Positions 9,635 through 20,000 of a stretch of DNA of 20,000 nucleotides are shown here, in pieces; positions within the stretch are counted from its first letter, which is position 1, and every line of letters begins with the position of its first letter. The DNA is taken from the NCBI GenBank assembly GCA_010093995.1, contig ML992505.1:587056-607055 (forward strand), in the 5' to 3' direction. The position numbers and the translations under genes were made by a program. A model generated the notes under the pieces. The model had not been told where the DNA came from. It was given only the letters and a program-made list of their open reading frames with translations, and searched no databases. The stretch is from Elsinoe ampelina. Lineage: Eukaryota.

Positions 9635-11164
9635 ATAATAGATCCTCGCTGCCGCTGCGTAGGTCGATACTATAAATATAAGAAGAAGGTAATAAGTCGA
9701 GTTATAGATAACTCTTAAAGAAAGTAGGCCTTTAGCTAAATTTTTTAGATATCTCCTTTGTCACGCGTTGACTTTTATACCACGAATTCACAACTAACCT
9801 CGCTAAGTATAGCTTGCCCTAACCCTAGCGACGACTGCTATGTAAGTAATATTCCTCTACCTCCTACTAACAACAACGACGAACTAGTCTAGTTAGCTTA
9901 CTACGATCTTATTTGCCTTAGCGACGACGACCTTAAGAAGAGGCTATAAGAGATAGACGATATAACTACTCTACGTAAGGCCTTTGCCTTTATTAAGTCC
10001 ACCTATAACAAGTGGGTTATTGTACGTAACTTAGCATATTCTAACGCTCTTAATTTGCGCTACTAGCTCGATAACGCTATAGCCGATCTAGATACATCTA
10101 ATAGTACTACTAACAATCTTACTACCTAAGCTATACGCTACCTTACTAACATTAATAAGCTTAAGGCCGAGCTAGCCTAGCTAAAGGCCGAAGTAGAGCG
10201 CGCTACACTAACCTCTTCTACTAGAGGCGCTACTCTGTCGGAAAAGATCCTAGACCTAGCTATATTTAGTAGCGGCACCCTAGAGCAGTTTAAGGTCTTT
10301 AAGCACTAGATAAAGAACAAGATACGTGCTAACGCCGACCGATTCCCTACCGAGGCTACCTAGTTCGTATATCTCTACTCGCGCCTCTCTAGAGAAGTAT
10401 ACACCCTTATTATAGACTCTGCTAGCAATAACACTATCGACGTTAGTAAAGGCTTAGCTCTCTTAGCCTAGCGCTTCGAAGACTCTAACTGTAAGGCTAT
10501 AGCACGCGCTTAGTTCGCTAGCCTATTCTAGTGTAATGCCTCTTTTAATTTCTTTATTAGCGAGTTTAATAAGTACGCTCTCCGCGCTAAGATTGCTAAG
10601 GACAAGTAGCTCTACTAGCTACGCTAGAAGATATCTAACGAGTTGCGCGTTGCCCTTGTCAATTTCGATATAGACGACCTTATCTCCTTTATCGCTAAGG
10701 CTCGTGCTACCGATTATAATATCTAGTAGAGTAACCTTATCTCTAGGCGTACTTAGGCCCTCTGCTCTACGCTAGCTATAAACCGCACTACTAGTGCCTC
10801 GACTCGAGTAGCTTATTCTATATCTGCTCCTACTACTCTCTGCCCTATAACCGAAGGAGCTCTATAGCCTTTTCGCCCCCCCTAGTCACTTATCTACTTC
10901 GTATGCGGCAGGCCTAGCTATATCTCTACTAAGTGCATAGCTAGCGCCTCCGAGAAAGCTACCTATGCTACTACTCGCCCTGCTCGTACTATTAGTACTA
11001 TAGAGGCTACTAAGATTTAACACCTTTAGGATCGACTTACTAAATTAGGTACACACGCTCTATCCTAGCCTTAGTTCGACATTAGTTTAGATCTAGTTTA
11101 GTCCTAGTTTAACCCCGAGATAGATTACGAGTTAGCCGAACTATCTAGCTAGGGAAACAACTAG
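9635..11164 (+). pseudogene. gag of the inner Gypsy
   Basis: De-RIP reading LSEKIPDPAMFSG (10235-10273) and CCHC knuckle CF.CGRPGHISTKC (10895-10936). Ends G GGA AAC AAC TAG (11152-11164). Start is approximate. Confidence 0.85.
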
Positions 11165-14100
11165 CTAGAGGACAAGTTCTATCCTCTAGCGGAAGAAGAG
11201 TAATTCGAGATAGATCCGGAGGAGTTTAATTACTAAATAGCGTCGTTAGCCACTACACTCTCGCTATTATAACTCCTATTACTATACACGACCTATACAA
11301 CCGCAACTGTACTATTACGCTCTAAGTCTTTATCGACACTAGCGCGCTTATTAGCGCCGTAGCTAACTATAAGGTTCTTAATAAGCTTAAGAGTTTTAGT
11401 TGCCCTATAGTATTAGCTAACTCTATCTAGCTTAACGCCTATAATAGTGTTCTAACGGAGTAAGTCACTTATTAGATCTCTCTTACTACTACTGTCTCTA
11501 GCAAGTTTAATAGTCTTATAACTTTCCGTATTATAGATATCGGCTATTTCGATATTATCCTCGGGCTTAGCTAGCTTAAGGCTAATAGAGCTAATATCGA
11601 CTGCGAGCTTAGCTAAGTTACTTATAAAGAAGAGTTCTCCCCGGCTGTTGTTAAGTAGTAGCAGCTATAGCTAATTAGAGGGCTAGGATCTAGATCTAAG
11701 CCCGGCTCGGATCTAGGAGCTCGACTAGTTTAGATCTAGTTCGGCTGTAGTCTAGCTTGTAGACTATATTCTAGTTTAGCTTCCGAGCTAGAATCTGCCT
11801 GTCTATCTTAGCTGCCGGCACTTAGGCCGAATTTCAAGCTAGATAAGAAGGAGTTTAAGCTAGTTTCCTATAGCTCCTAGCTAATGCATAAGTTCTCTTA
11901 CGTACCTGCCTATATAAGTAACGCTAAACCTCGAAAGGACTATACAATAGCCTTTATCGGCGCCGTAGCCTTCGCCTTACAAGCTAAGCATTACGATTGT
12001 AAAGTGTTTACTATCTCTATAAAGAATATCGAGGACTACTGCCGTCTAGCTTCCGAACTAGAGCTAGACTCTATAGAGGTTCTACTACCGGAGCTACGTA
12101 AATTCGCTAATGTCTTCTCTAAGGAGCAATCTAACACTCTTCTACTACACCGGCCGGAGTTCGATAACTGTATTATTCTAAAGGATAGCGCTAAACTTCC
12201 GCGCACCGAGCCTTTACGCTACCTATTACTAGAGGAGCTCGATATAGTAGAATAGTTTATCTAAGAGCACCTTGATAAGGGGTTCGTTACTCTAAGCTCT
12301 ATAAGCTATTTATCTTCTATCTTCTTTGTCCGGAAGCTAAATAGAGAACTTTGCCTCTACATCGATTACTACGGCCTAAACGAGGTTACTAAGCGAGATG
12401 TCTACCCGCTGCTACTTATTAAAGAGACGCTTACTCGCGTCAGTAAGGCTAAGTAGTTCAGTAAGATCGACATCTATTAAGCCTTTTACTGCCTCTATAA
12501 CTCTATCGACTATAAAGATCTTACTACGTTCTCTATATATATAAGTAACTTTAAATAGCTAGTAATGCCTTTCGGCCTTACTAACGCCCTAGCTATATAG
12601 TAGAGGTTTATAAATCACAACTTCATCGATATACTAGAGCGCTTTATATTAATCTACCTTAACGATATTCTTATCTATACCGACGGCACTTGCCGAGAGC
12701 ACGCCGAGCACATTAAGCTAGTACTCTAACAACTCTACGAATTAGGCCTTAATGCCGACATTAAGAAGAGCAAGTTCTACCTAACAGAAGTAAAGTACCT
12801 CGGCATTATCGTTAGCCGAGATAGAATCTAGATAGACCCTAAGAAGGTAGAAGCTATTAAAGCCTAGAAGTAGCTAGCCCCTAGTAATACTACTTAAGTT
12901 AGGAGCTTTATTAGCTTCTACAGCTATTATCGCCGCTTTATTAAAGGATTTAGTACTATCGCTAAGCCGCTAAACGACCTACTTAAGAAGGACGCTGCAC
13001 TCTAGAGCGACAAGTGCACTGCTGCTTTTAACTGCATAAAGTATGCTATAACTAGTGCTCCGATTCTCGCGCACTTCGACTGCTCGAAGTAGATAGTGCT
13101 CGAAACTAACGCTTCGGACACTACTACTGCTAGTATTCTATCCTAGTACGACAATTCTAATGTACTTCGCCCTGTTACCTTCTTTAGTAAATCTATAAGC
13201 GAAGCCGAACGCAACTATACTATCTATAACAAGGAGCTACTAGCTATCGTCTAAGTCTTCGAGGAATAGGCCCCTAAGCTTATAAGTGCTTAGCCTAATA
13301 AGACTATTTACGTCCTTACTGACTATTAGTCTCTAATACACTTTATAAGGACTTAGAAGCTATTACGCCGCTAAGTACGCTAGGCTCTCTATCTAGCACA
13401 GTTTAACTTTAAGATAATATATCGACCCGGAGCTACTAATGGCAAAGCTAACGCACTTATAAGAAGGAATAGTAACGTACTACGCTCGAAGGAAGACCCT
13501 AATCTACGCTAAACCCTACTACCGTACAGAGTCCTAGACTAGCGTATCGTCGACGAATTAGAACTAGGTCGTATCCGAGGTGGATTACTAGCTTAAGCCG
13601 AACTAAGAATAAGTAAGCTTAGTTCAACTGCCGAACTAGAATCTAATTCGCGATCTAGTTTAGCACGTAGTTTACTACCTAGTTCGACATCCATTTCGGC
13701 TGCCGGATTAGATAACTATCTCGCCTCTATCTCGACCTTAAAGGACGAACTACCTTCTCCCCTTTTTAACGAGGTAGCTAAAGCTAACCTAAGAGACCTA
13801 GAGTTCGAGTTAGCTCGTGGTATTCACCGTATAATAGGAGCCTTCCCTAAGCAGAAATAGTTGCTATTAACTAATGTTATAATCGACAACGGAATACTTT
13901 AGGTCGCTAGTCGACTATTCGTGCTACTATCGATAGCTACGAAGGTTATTTAAGAAGTTTACACCTTAAAGAACTACGTACACGCTAGAGCCGCTAAAAC
14001 CGTAGCTATAATTAAATCCACCTTCTATATCCTAGGATACGACACTAATGTCAAAAGGTTCGTCGCTAACTACTATAACTGTAAGCGTTCTAAAGCTCGC

Positions 14101-15260
14101 TATAGCCTCCTAGCCGGCCTTCTCTCGCTACTCCCGATACTAGAAAAGCCTTAGTAGCATATTACGATAGACTTCGTTACTAGTTTACCGCTTATAGACG
14201 GCTATAATACCGTCCTCTACGTAGTCGACTATCTATCTAAAGAGCGCTACCTTATCCCCTACTTCTCTAGAGACGAAGGTACCTTAGCGTATAAGACAGC
14301 TAAGTTGTTATTCTTATACGTATAGAAGCTTTATAGTCTACCTAACACTATTACTTCGGATCGAGGCCTCTAATTCGTAAGCGACGTATAGAAGAGACTC
14401 TACTAGATTCTAAAGGTTATAGCTAAACTGTCTACTGCTATACACCCCTAGATAGACGGCTAGTTAGAGGTTTTTAATTGCGATTTTAAGCGAGTTATCT
14501 GCACCTATAGCTATCGATATGTAAACTAGCTACTGATCCTTCCGATGGCCGAGTTCTCTACTAACGTTAACTCTTCGGAGAGCACTAAACTATTACTATT
14601 CTAAGTTATAAAGGGATACAACTCGAGGCTAAGCTTCTAGCCTCCCGTAGAGCCTATATTAACACGAGCTAAGCTAAACAAAGCTAGTATTCGCGCACTA
14701 GCTAAGTAGATAGAGGACGCTCGTAAGATTACTAAGGTAAACCTCGTAAAGGCTTAATTACGTATAGTTAAACAAGTAAACAAGCGGCGTCTTTCTACGG
14801 AGTTTAAAGCTAGTAATAGAGTATAGTTATCGACAAAGAACTTCTAGCTTTAAGGGAACCCTAAGCTACTACTAAAGAGAGTTAGACCTTATAAGATTCT
14901 AGAGAAGCGCTCGGCGCTCTTATATAAGCTAGAGCTCCCTTAGGCACTATAACGTATCTACCCTGTGTTCTACGCCGACCTACTTACTAAACACCCTAAT
15001 AACCCCTTACTAGGACAAGCCTTCGAGAAGCCTCTACTAGTAGCTATTAAAGGTAAGAAGAAGTATAAGGTTAATAATATCGTAGACATAAGAAAGCTAC
15101 GGAATAGACTAGTTACTCGAGTAAGCTAGAAAGGTTATCTAGAAGATCTAACATAGTACCTAATCGACAATCTAAAAGGAGTAGCTAACGTACTACGTAA
15201 CTATCTAGACTCCTATATAGATAAACCTCGTCCGAGGTGAATCGACTAACCTATATAATA
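11152..15260 (+). pseudogene. pol of the inner Gypsy (protease, RT, RNase H, integrase, chromodomain)
   Basis: FIDTGA (11329), MPFGLTNAP (12565), YLDDILIY (12655), VLETDASD (13096), WQHITMDFVTGLP (14152), SDRG (14356), HPQTDGQSE (14443), and chromodomain EYEVDDIVD..WKGY..DPTWYP (15061-15162). All in one frame; the listed ORF 11884-12255 is a stop-free piece of it. Confidence 0.93.
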
Positions 15261-15296
15261 GCGTTTAAGGGCAAACGCAATTAAGAGAGAGAGTAG

Positions 15297-15498
15297 TAAT
15301 ACGAGATAGATTACGAACTGGATTTAGTTAGTATCTAGGTCGGAGAGGTTATATAATCTCGGCTCTCGGCCCGGGCTTCCGGCCGCTCTACCCTCGATAT
15401 CTTATGTACTTTATAGACTAGCTTTCTTCTTCTTCTTCTAACTCTTAATATCTTAACGAATAGACGTAATTAACCTTCTATCTTACTAGTCGTGATTA
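15297..15498 (+). repeat. 3' LTR of the inner Gypsy (202 bp)
   Basis: Direct repeat of 9281-9482, preceded by the PPT and followed by the TSD. Confidence 0.96.
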
Positions 15499-17523
15499 AC
15501 TACTAGGATTCTTTAACTACTATTATAAGTTTATTAAAGGATTTTCTAAGGTAGCTACGCTAATATCTAACCTTACGAAGAAAGAAACTAGCTTTATCTT
15601 TAACAAAAAGTGTAGGTAGGCCTTTAAGGAGCTAAAGCTTAGGCTTATAATAGTACCTGTCCTAGCACTCTTTAACCTAGACTAGTAAGCGCTACTAGAA
15701 ACGGATACCTTAGACTTTATAATAGAAGTATATCTAGTATAGAAGGATATAGAAGAACAATGCTACCTAATTATATACTACTTACGAAAAATAACTAGAC
15801 TTAAACTTAACTACGATATATATAACAAGAAGTTACTTATAATTATAGAAGTATTCTATAAGTAAAGAGTATACCTAGAAGAAATAACCTTACCTATATA
15901 AGTCTATACCGATTATAAAAACCTATTATATTAGATAATAACTAAGGTTCTTAATAGATAATAAGTTCGATAGTTAGAAACACTTATAAGCTATAACTTT
16001 TAGATCTACTATGTTAAGGGATTAGAGAATAATAGAGTAGATACTCTTAGCCGACAACTAAATTACTTAAAGAATATAACAATAATAGAGGCCTCTATAC
16101 TAAAGTAGTAAGATAGCGCTCTAGTCTATAAGTACCTAAAGGTAAAGTAGTTATATAGCCTTACCTAGGAGCTTACGTAAGAATAGAAGAAAGAAGTTAT
16201 TTAAATATACTATAACGACCTAATAGTAGGGCATAGTAGGATTAATAAGACTATTAAACTTATTATATAAAACTACCTATAGAAAGGACTTTAAAACGAT
16301 ATTAAGACGTATATTACTATATGCAATACATGCTATAAGTCTAAGCACTTATAACACAAGCTATATAGGCTATTATAACTCTTACTACTACTAGACAAAC
16401 TATAGTAATTAGTTATAATAGACTTTATAGAACCTCTACTACTATTAGAAGAACCTCTTACAGGTATAAAGTATAATAGTATTCTAGTTCTAGTAGATAG
16501 GTTTATAAAATATTACTACTTTGTACTATATAAGACAATAGTAACTACCGAGGATATAGCCTTTACCTTTCTCTAAATAATTGTTTTATAACATAAAGTA
16601 CTATAAGACCTAATAACTAATAGAGATAAGCTATTTATGTTATAATTCTAGTAATTATTTATAGACCTACTAGGAGTTAAATATAAGCTATTAATCTTCT
16701 TTTATCTATAAATAGATAGATAAACTAAATAGGTAAATTAAGTACTAGAGTAGTACCTACGCTACTACCTAAACTATAAGTAAGACTTATAAGTAATACT
16801 ATTACTGCTCGCGGAGCTTACTATTAATAATAGAAAGTTAGCTAATAGAATTTTACTATTTTACGTAAACTATAGAATATACCTAGATCTATACTATAAC
16901 ATACTCGGAATTAAGCTAATATCTAAGAATACTAATATACTAGTAGCTAACATTAAGAAACTATATAACTAGCTATACTATAATATAGTATTTATATTAT
17001 AAAGAATAGTAGAGTTTACTAACTAGAAGAGAATTACAGGACTAATTCTATAGAAGGGAGAGAAAGTTTACCTCCTTAGTAGAAATATTAAAACGAAATA
17101 ACTAAGTAAGAAACTTAACTACACTAAACTAGGACTCTTTAAGATCCTAGAAAAGAAAAATAAGAACATATATAAACTAGAACTACTAAGACATATAAGG
17201 ATCTATTTAGTCTTTTATATATTACTACTAGAGAAAGTACTACGGAATACTATACCTAGACCTATTAAACTAGATAAAGAAACATAGGAGCTATAGTATA
17301 AGATTAAAAGGGTTTTATATTATAAATCTATAAGGGGAAAGCGTTACTATCTTATCTACTAGAAAGAATATTAGTATAGTAAGGCAATATAGGAACTAGA
17401 GAAATACCTTACCTCGTAAGTAATTCTAGATTACTAGACTAAAAACCTATTCTAAGTAAACTAACTAGGTAGGCCTAATACTACTAATACTAAATAAAAA
17501 TAAGAATGCCTAAGGAAGACTAC

Positions 17524-18072
17524 TTAGCTAATAGAAGTACTCTAATCGTTACTAAATAAGAAACTCTAATTAGAGTTAGGTATAAATAATTATTAGTTCT
17601 ATAGTAGGACAGGATCTACCGACGATAGTATTTCCTCCTACTTTAAGATTTAAATATAAGTCTCCTCTAGAGAGATTACTTTCTCTGCTTTATCTTTTAA
17701 CTTTTATATCTCTTCGTATAGGCGAAGCTTATTGCCTATAGCTCTTTAATAAGCCTCTTTTACCTTTTTATAAGCTTCTTTAGCTTTCTTTCTAGCGGCT
17801 TTAGCTATAACTAATTCCTTTCGTAAATAAATATACTTAGACTAGAGACACTACTATTCTAATTTTATTACCTAAATATTATAACTTAAGTAGTTACTCG
17901 TAATATACTAGCTATAAATACCTAACTAAATATAGACTTTATAGTCTAGCTCTTTTAACTTATAATAAGAGTAAGCTTATAGCATGTTAGTTCTAAATAA
18001 CTTAATAAACTTTAAGAGATTCTTTCGTGTAGATATACTAGATTTACTATACCTTCGATAACTAGGAGACAT
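17524..18072 (-). pseudogene. Antisense accessory ORF of the outer Gypsy: Zn(II)2Cys6-like domain, coiled coil and acidic tail (RIP-inactivated)
   Basis: Six TAY codons (RIP of TGY) at C-x2-C-x6-C-x8-C-x2-C-x7-C spacing (17973 to 17881), followed in frame by an E/K/R/A-rich helical stretch. Both ends are uncertain. Confidence 0.75.
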
Positions 18073-18146
18073 ATTTAGTATATAGCGTAAAAGGATAAGA
18101 AAAAATACTTACTCGTTAGAATAACTTAATTAAAAGAGGAAAGTAA

Positions 18147-18522
18147 TATTACAAACTAGTAGGATAGCTAGAGTATAGAGACGTTAGAACTAATTAAACT
18201 ACTAAGGTTATTACGTAACTTAGCCTAATATTTACTCGATTCTCTATCTTCTCTAGTAGCTCTACTCTAGAGACTATAGAGCGTATAGGTTACTAGTAGA
18301 CATGTACTCTATATTACTCTTAACTCTCGCTATAGAGTATATAGAGCATATAGAGTATATAGTAAAGAATATATATATATAGGAATAGTTCTTACCTTAT
18401 ATAAGTACTATAGTTAACCTTGTCTAGATAGTAAATACTAGTATTACTAAGGCTAGCCTTTATAATACTATCTAATTGTACTTTATTATCTATAAGATAT
18501 ACCTTCTCTAACTCTTACCTTA
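18147..18522 (+). repeat. 3' LTR of the outer Gypsy, cut off by the assembly gap
   Basis: Colinear with 5432-5807 and follows the PPT. Confidence 0.92.
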
Positions 18523-18782
18523 NNNNNNNNNNNNNNNNNNNNNNNNNNNNNNNNNNNNNNNNNNNNNNNNNNNNNNNNNNNNNNNNNNNNNNNNNNNNNN
18601 NNNNNNNNNNNNNNNNNNNNNNNNNNNNNNNNNNNNNNNNNNNNNNNNNNNNNNNNNNNNNNNNNNNNNNNNNNNNNNNNNNNNNNNNNNNNNNNNNNNN
18701 NNNNNNNNNNNNNNNNNNNNNNNNNNNNNNNNNNNNNNNNNNNNNNNNNNNNNNNNNNNNNNNNNNNNNNNNNNNNNNNNNN
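18523..18782. other. Assembly gap (260 N) covering the outer LTR end and the Gypsy/Copia junction
   Basis: Run of N. Confidence 1.
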
Positions 18783-20000
18783 TACTAGGCTTAGCTAAGC
18801 TAGAGTCTCTTTATTAGTCTATCCCTTATAACTTAGATAGCTAGAAACTAGCTTAGATCTTTAAGTACCTTTATCTTATATTTAGTATAGAGAGCTACAA
18901 TAATAGTATTAGCTTTCTCTTTATACTTCTTAAGGTATATAATAGTAATATTATCTACAAAGAAGAAGATTATTATATTAAGAGTTAGCTAGAGGTAAGG
19001 AGCCTTAGGGGCCTAAGTAAAACTAATACTTTTTAGAGTAGTAGTAAATTTAGTATACTAGAGAGCTAGAGCTTATTTAAGACTATATAAGGCCTTATTA
19101 AGCAAGAGAATTGTATCTAATAGAGTAATACTAGGATAGTCCTTTATAAGATCCTCTATAACTAGCTTAAATCTAGTAGGGATAGTATAGTAGGTAGTCT
19201 TATTAATAGGACTATTAATATAGGTATTAATAACATCTATCTAGATAGCCTCTATATCTTTATAAGTAAGTAATACTATAAGTATTCTAAAGATCTTAGC
19301 TGCTAGAGTTGCTATATAAGTCTTAGATTCTATTAATTAAAGATTATCCCTTATATAGACTCTTACTTTATACTTTATAACCTCTCCTTTATTATTAACT
19401 TTATAGGTAAATACCTATATTAAAGAGATAGGCTTACTAGTAGCTTAAGCTACTAGTATAATAGTCTATATATGTTTTAAGTATAAAGTAAGTAATTTAA
19501 CCTTTATAGCCTCTTAAAATTACTTCTTATAAGAATAAGCCTTAAGTTCTCTAATATTAGCTAGTAGTAGTAGAAGATTATCTCTTAATTCTAGCTTAAG
19601 CTAAGTTAGTGTTATTAATAGATAAGTATTAAAGGCTTAGTAATATCTAGGAGCCTTATTAGTTTATATAAGAGTAGTAATATATACTTACCTTCTTAGT
19701 TTTCTTATTCTTCTTATTATAAGAATATATTTAGGAAGAAGGTTAGCTAACCTTATAGCAATTCTTTAAGAGAGTTACTTAGGCTAAGCTCTAACTACCC
19801 TTTTAGTCTAAACTTCTATCTTATCTCCTTTAGCTTTATCTCCTCCTAGTAGTAGAGGAGATAGCTATACTACTATAGATAGTAGTAAGACTAGAGTATT
19901 AAAGAACTATTTATTTAGTAAAGATTCCTAGATCTAAGCTAGGTTTAGATCTAGAATAGCCTTATCTAATTAGTCTAATAGAGGTAGTAACTAATCTAGT
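18783..20000 (-). mobile_element. Ty1/Copia reverse transcriptase relic, probably the upstream part of the element that ends at 4758-5431
   Basis: De-RIP minus-strand motifs in order: PLMWVFTYK (~19400-19427), TYAATLAA (~19300-19322), Q.DV.NAY (~19220-19245), LNKALYGL (~19080-19102), IFFFVDDI (~18948-18972), FL.IQVIRDR..KRLWLSQ (~18790-18850). Confidence 0.9.

Larger units (their letters stand above)
9281..15498 (+). mobile_element. Inner full-length Ty3/Gypsy chromovirus (6218 bp), RIP-mutated, different family from the outer one
   Basis: 202-bp LTRs at both ends; TSD ACTAC at 9276-9280 and 15499-15503; PPT AAGAGAGAGAGTAG at 15283-15296; complete gag-pol domain order. Confidence 0.96.
7992..17500 (+). 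pseudogene. pol of the outer Gypsy (protease, RT, RNase H, integrase, chromodomain), split by the nested element at 9281-15498
   Basis: AMIDSGA (8118-8138), VYLDDIIIFS (9031-9060), LETDASDF (~15695), TDRDKLF (~16615), FHPQTDGQTER (~16700), and chromodomain YE.ERVL..YLIHWKGY....TWEPE (~17297-17400). Confidence 0.9.
5432..18522 (+). mobile_element. Outer Ty3/Gypsy chromovirus (~6.95 kb once the nested element is removed), heavily RIP-mutated; right end lies in the N gap (predicted ~18608)
   Basis: Paired LTRs at 5432 and 18147; gag-PR-RT-RH-IN-chromodomain order; PPT AAAAGAGGAAAGTAA at 18132-18146. Confidence 0.93.

Noticed and set aside
11884..12255. 123-aa ORF as an independent gene
   Set aside because: A chance stop-free segment of the inner pol pseudogene, in the pol frame.
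6010..17500. Alternative genetic code or stop-codon readthrough to explain long frames full of TAA/TAG
   Set aside because: Stops fall at Gln/Trp positions, Cys/His appear as Tyr, LTR pairs differ only by transitions, and the neighbouring genes use the standard code. RIP explains all of this.
17500..18146. env-like third ORF on the sense strand
   Set aside because: I found no coherent sense-strand frame, signal peptide or transmembrane pattern. The coding signal is on the antisense strand.

Overview
Fungal (Pezizomycotina-like) genomic window. A 3.7-kb GC-balanced island (1085-4757) holds two intact convergent genes: a secreted Cys-rich, Ser/Thr-rich, probably GPI-anchored protein and the mitochondrial peptide chain release factor 1. 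The rest is AT-rich, TpA-saturated transposon DNA destroyed by repeat-induced point mutation (RIP). On the left is the 5' part of a Fot1/pogo DNA transposon. On the right is a three-level nest: a minus-strand Ty1/Copia element, interrupted by a ~7-kb Ty3/Gypsy chromovirus, which is itself interrupted by a complete 6.2-kb Ty3/Gypsy chromovirus with an ACTAC target-site duplication. Reversing RIP by eye suggests that the outer Gypsy carries two cargoes. One is an antisense, possibly spliced gene for a Gal4-type Zn(II)2Cys6 protein with a coiled coil and acidic tail, lying between the chromodomain and the 3' LTR; the element's own LTR has CGG direct repeats that could be its binding sites. The other is a long Gag extension with extra Cys/His motifs. 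All TE protein readings are manual de-RIP reconstructions (TA read back as TG or CA), not database results. Two N gaps (8700-8969, 18523-18782) limit the reading.
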